Source of the DNA: Patescibacteria group bacterium
GTDB lineage: Bacteria > Patescibacteriota > Patescibacteriia > JAHIZJ01
Assembly: GCA_041650335.1 (NCBI GenBank)
Contig: JBAZLK010000005.1
Span: 10,580 to 74,579 of the forward strand
Length of the DNA stretch: 64,000 bases
Direction of reading: 5' to 3'
Below the pieces are notes generated by a model. It was not told the origin of the DNA. It did not search any database and saw only the letters and a program-made list of their open reading frames with translations. Positions 62,906 to 64,000 of the stretch are shown here, one piece after another. The position numbers were made by a program, and so were the translations under genes. How positions within the stretch are numbered: position 1 is the stretch's first letter; every line of letters begins with the position of its first letter.

Positions 62906-64000
62906 CTATGGATAAATAACATCCCCGATATAGCAGCGGCACTTTTGGCAGTAATTTGTATCGGCTGCGTCAAAATTCCAATCAATCGGCAGGCTGACAA
63001 TACGCCAGGCCTTATTTCCGCTGACCGTGCTTCTGTTAACACAATCACCGGCATCCTTGTTAAATCCAGCCGCCTGGCAATAATGCTGACACTGGAGATC
63101 CTCAACACCAGCCGGAGATACTAGGGGGTAAGACACGCCGTTTACTTCTAAGCTTATACCCTCGATATCAACGTAACGGTTTGCTAGCGTACAGCGGCCA
63201 CGACTGAGATACGCAATGTTCGCGTTTTGGTGGTTTGAATTTGTCCAGGTAGCGATTGTCTCGGGCGGGCAGTTGATGCCACGAAAGAGTGAACCGCCCC
63301 AGTTTATGTCGCCGTTGAAGGTGGCGGTGTTAGTTACAGTGAGTGTATTTACCGTTATGCCTCCGCTAATAGTAACGCTGCCGGCAATATTTACTCGGCC
63401 GTCAAAATAGCCAGCCCACTCGCCAGCACCTGAGTTTCCGCCGATTGAGCCATAGACGCCGGCGCAAGTACCGGTGCAGTTTGAACCAGCGACGAGTTCA
63501 CCGTAGACGCCGCTGCCGTTCACGTTTACGCCATTCGCGCCTTTAAATGCCGCCATTGCGTCATACACATTATTCGCATCGTTATACGCCGCAATTGAAT
63601 GATGCTGGCTATAACGATTTGTTGAATCAGCCACTTGGAATAATGGCGCATCAGCCGTGGCAGAATCAAAGATCGTTGTTTCTCCTTGATTTGAGATCGA
63701 AAAACGCCAGGCCCCGGCCGCCTTATCAACCAAGCCGAATCGTTCGTCATACTGGATCTGTGTTTCTTTCCAGTTATTGGAGCTGACTGCGCCAAACAAA
63801 ACGCTGGAATCGGCATTTTGGGCCGATGTATCGTCGGTCGAAATTTGCAGCCAGGTATTCATGTCGCTGCCTGATCGGTGAATATGTAGGGGCGAGCCTG
63901 GGGCGGTGCCGATGCCCACATTGCCACTTAGAAACTCAACCGTACCGTTGCGCCGGAAAACAACGGGCGTGTCTTGCCAGGTGTTGTCGGTATATCGCCC
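62906..64000 (-). CDS. large secreted/surface protein, 5'-truncated at window edge; Gly/Asn/Thr-rich beta-rich region and Cys-rich C-terminal domain
   Basis: The reading frame stays open to nt 64000 on the minus strand, so the listed GTG start at 63919 is internal. GxG-rich repeats NGSGVYGELVAGS... and C-terminal cysteines CQHYCQ...CQKCRC are present. Confidence 0.55.
   Translation of the reverse strand, partial: GRYTDNTWQDTPVVFRRNGTVEFLSGNVGIGTAPGSPLHIHRSGSDMNTWLQISTDDTSAQNADSSVLFGAVSSNNWKETQIQYDERFGLVDKAAGAWRFSISNQGETTIFDSATADAPLFQVADSTNRYSQHHSIAAYNDANNVYDAMAAFKGANGVNVNGSGVYGELVAGSNCTGTCAGVYGSIGGNSGAGEWAGYFDGRVNIAGSVTISGGITVNTLTVTNTATFNGDINWGGSLFRGINCPPETIATWTNSNHQNANIAYLSRGRCTLANRYVDIEGISLEVNGVSYPLVSPAGVEDLQCQHYCQAAGFNKDAGDCVNRSTVSGNKAWRIVSLPIDWNFDAADTNYCQKCRCYIGDVIYP

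Overview
This 64 kb window looks like a bacterial chromosomal segment of about 50-55% GC, densely packed with housekeeping genes. Gene content suggests a small-genome, possibly CPR/Patescibacteria-like organism; this is inference only. The features pointing that way are GH57 alpha-glucan enzymes, an archaeal-type PGI/PMI, PilB, small VirB2-like pilin paralogs, and a GT-C/PAP2 pair. The window contains the classical replication-origin neighbourhood: rpmH-rnpA-yidD-yidC on the minus strand, diverging from dnaA-dnaN-DUF721 on the plus strand. There is a class A penicillin-binding protein, tyrS, and an alpha-glucan/glycogen cluster with two glgA, two GH57 genes, an APH-like kinase and a GalT-like nucleotidyltransferase. 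Next come ruvC, yebC, a SIS-type PGI/PMI, a PAP2 protein and a GT-C glycosyltransferase. Three tandem paralogous T4SS-pilin-like small proteins follow, then an orphan sugar-binding lipoprotein and galU. A complete minus-strand suf operon (rrf2-sufCBDSU) is followed by dus and a superoxide dismutase (sod) gene. Further on are glyA-folD, an Asn/Thr-rich repeat protein, ychF, three hypothetical genes each with its own promoter and terminator, a THUMP-type RNA methyltransferase, rpsF-ssb-rpsR-efp, recA, rodZ, ftsK and rpoC-rpoB. At the 3' edge a large Cys-containing surface protein runs off the window. No rRNA, tRNA or CRISPR array was found by eye. Two clearly AT-rich islands stand out compositionally: a SAM-methyltransferase at 16.3-17.05 kb and a small membrane protein at 41.0-41.5 kb. 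Several striking perfect inverted repeats and two tandem consensus DnaA boxes upstream of rpoB are not explained by the coding annotation.
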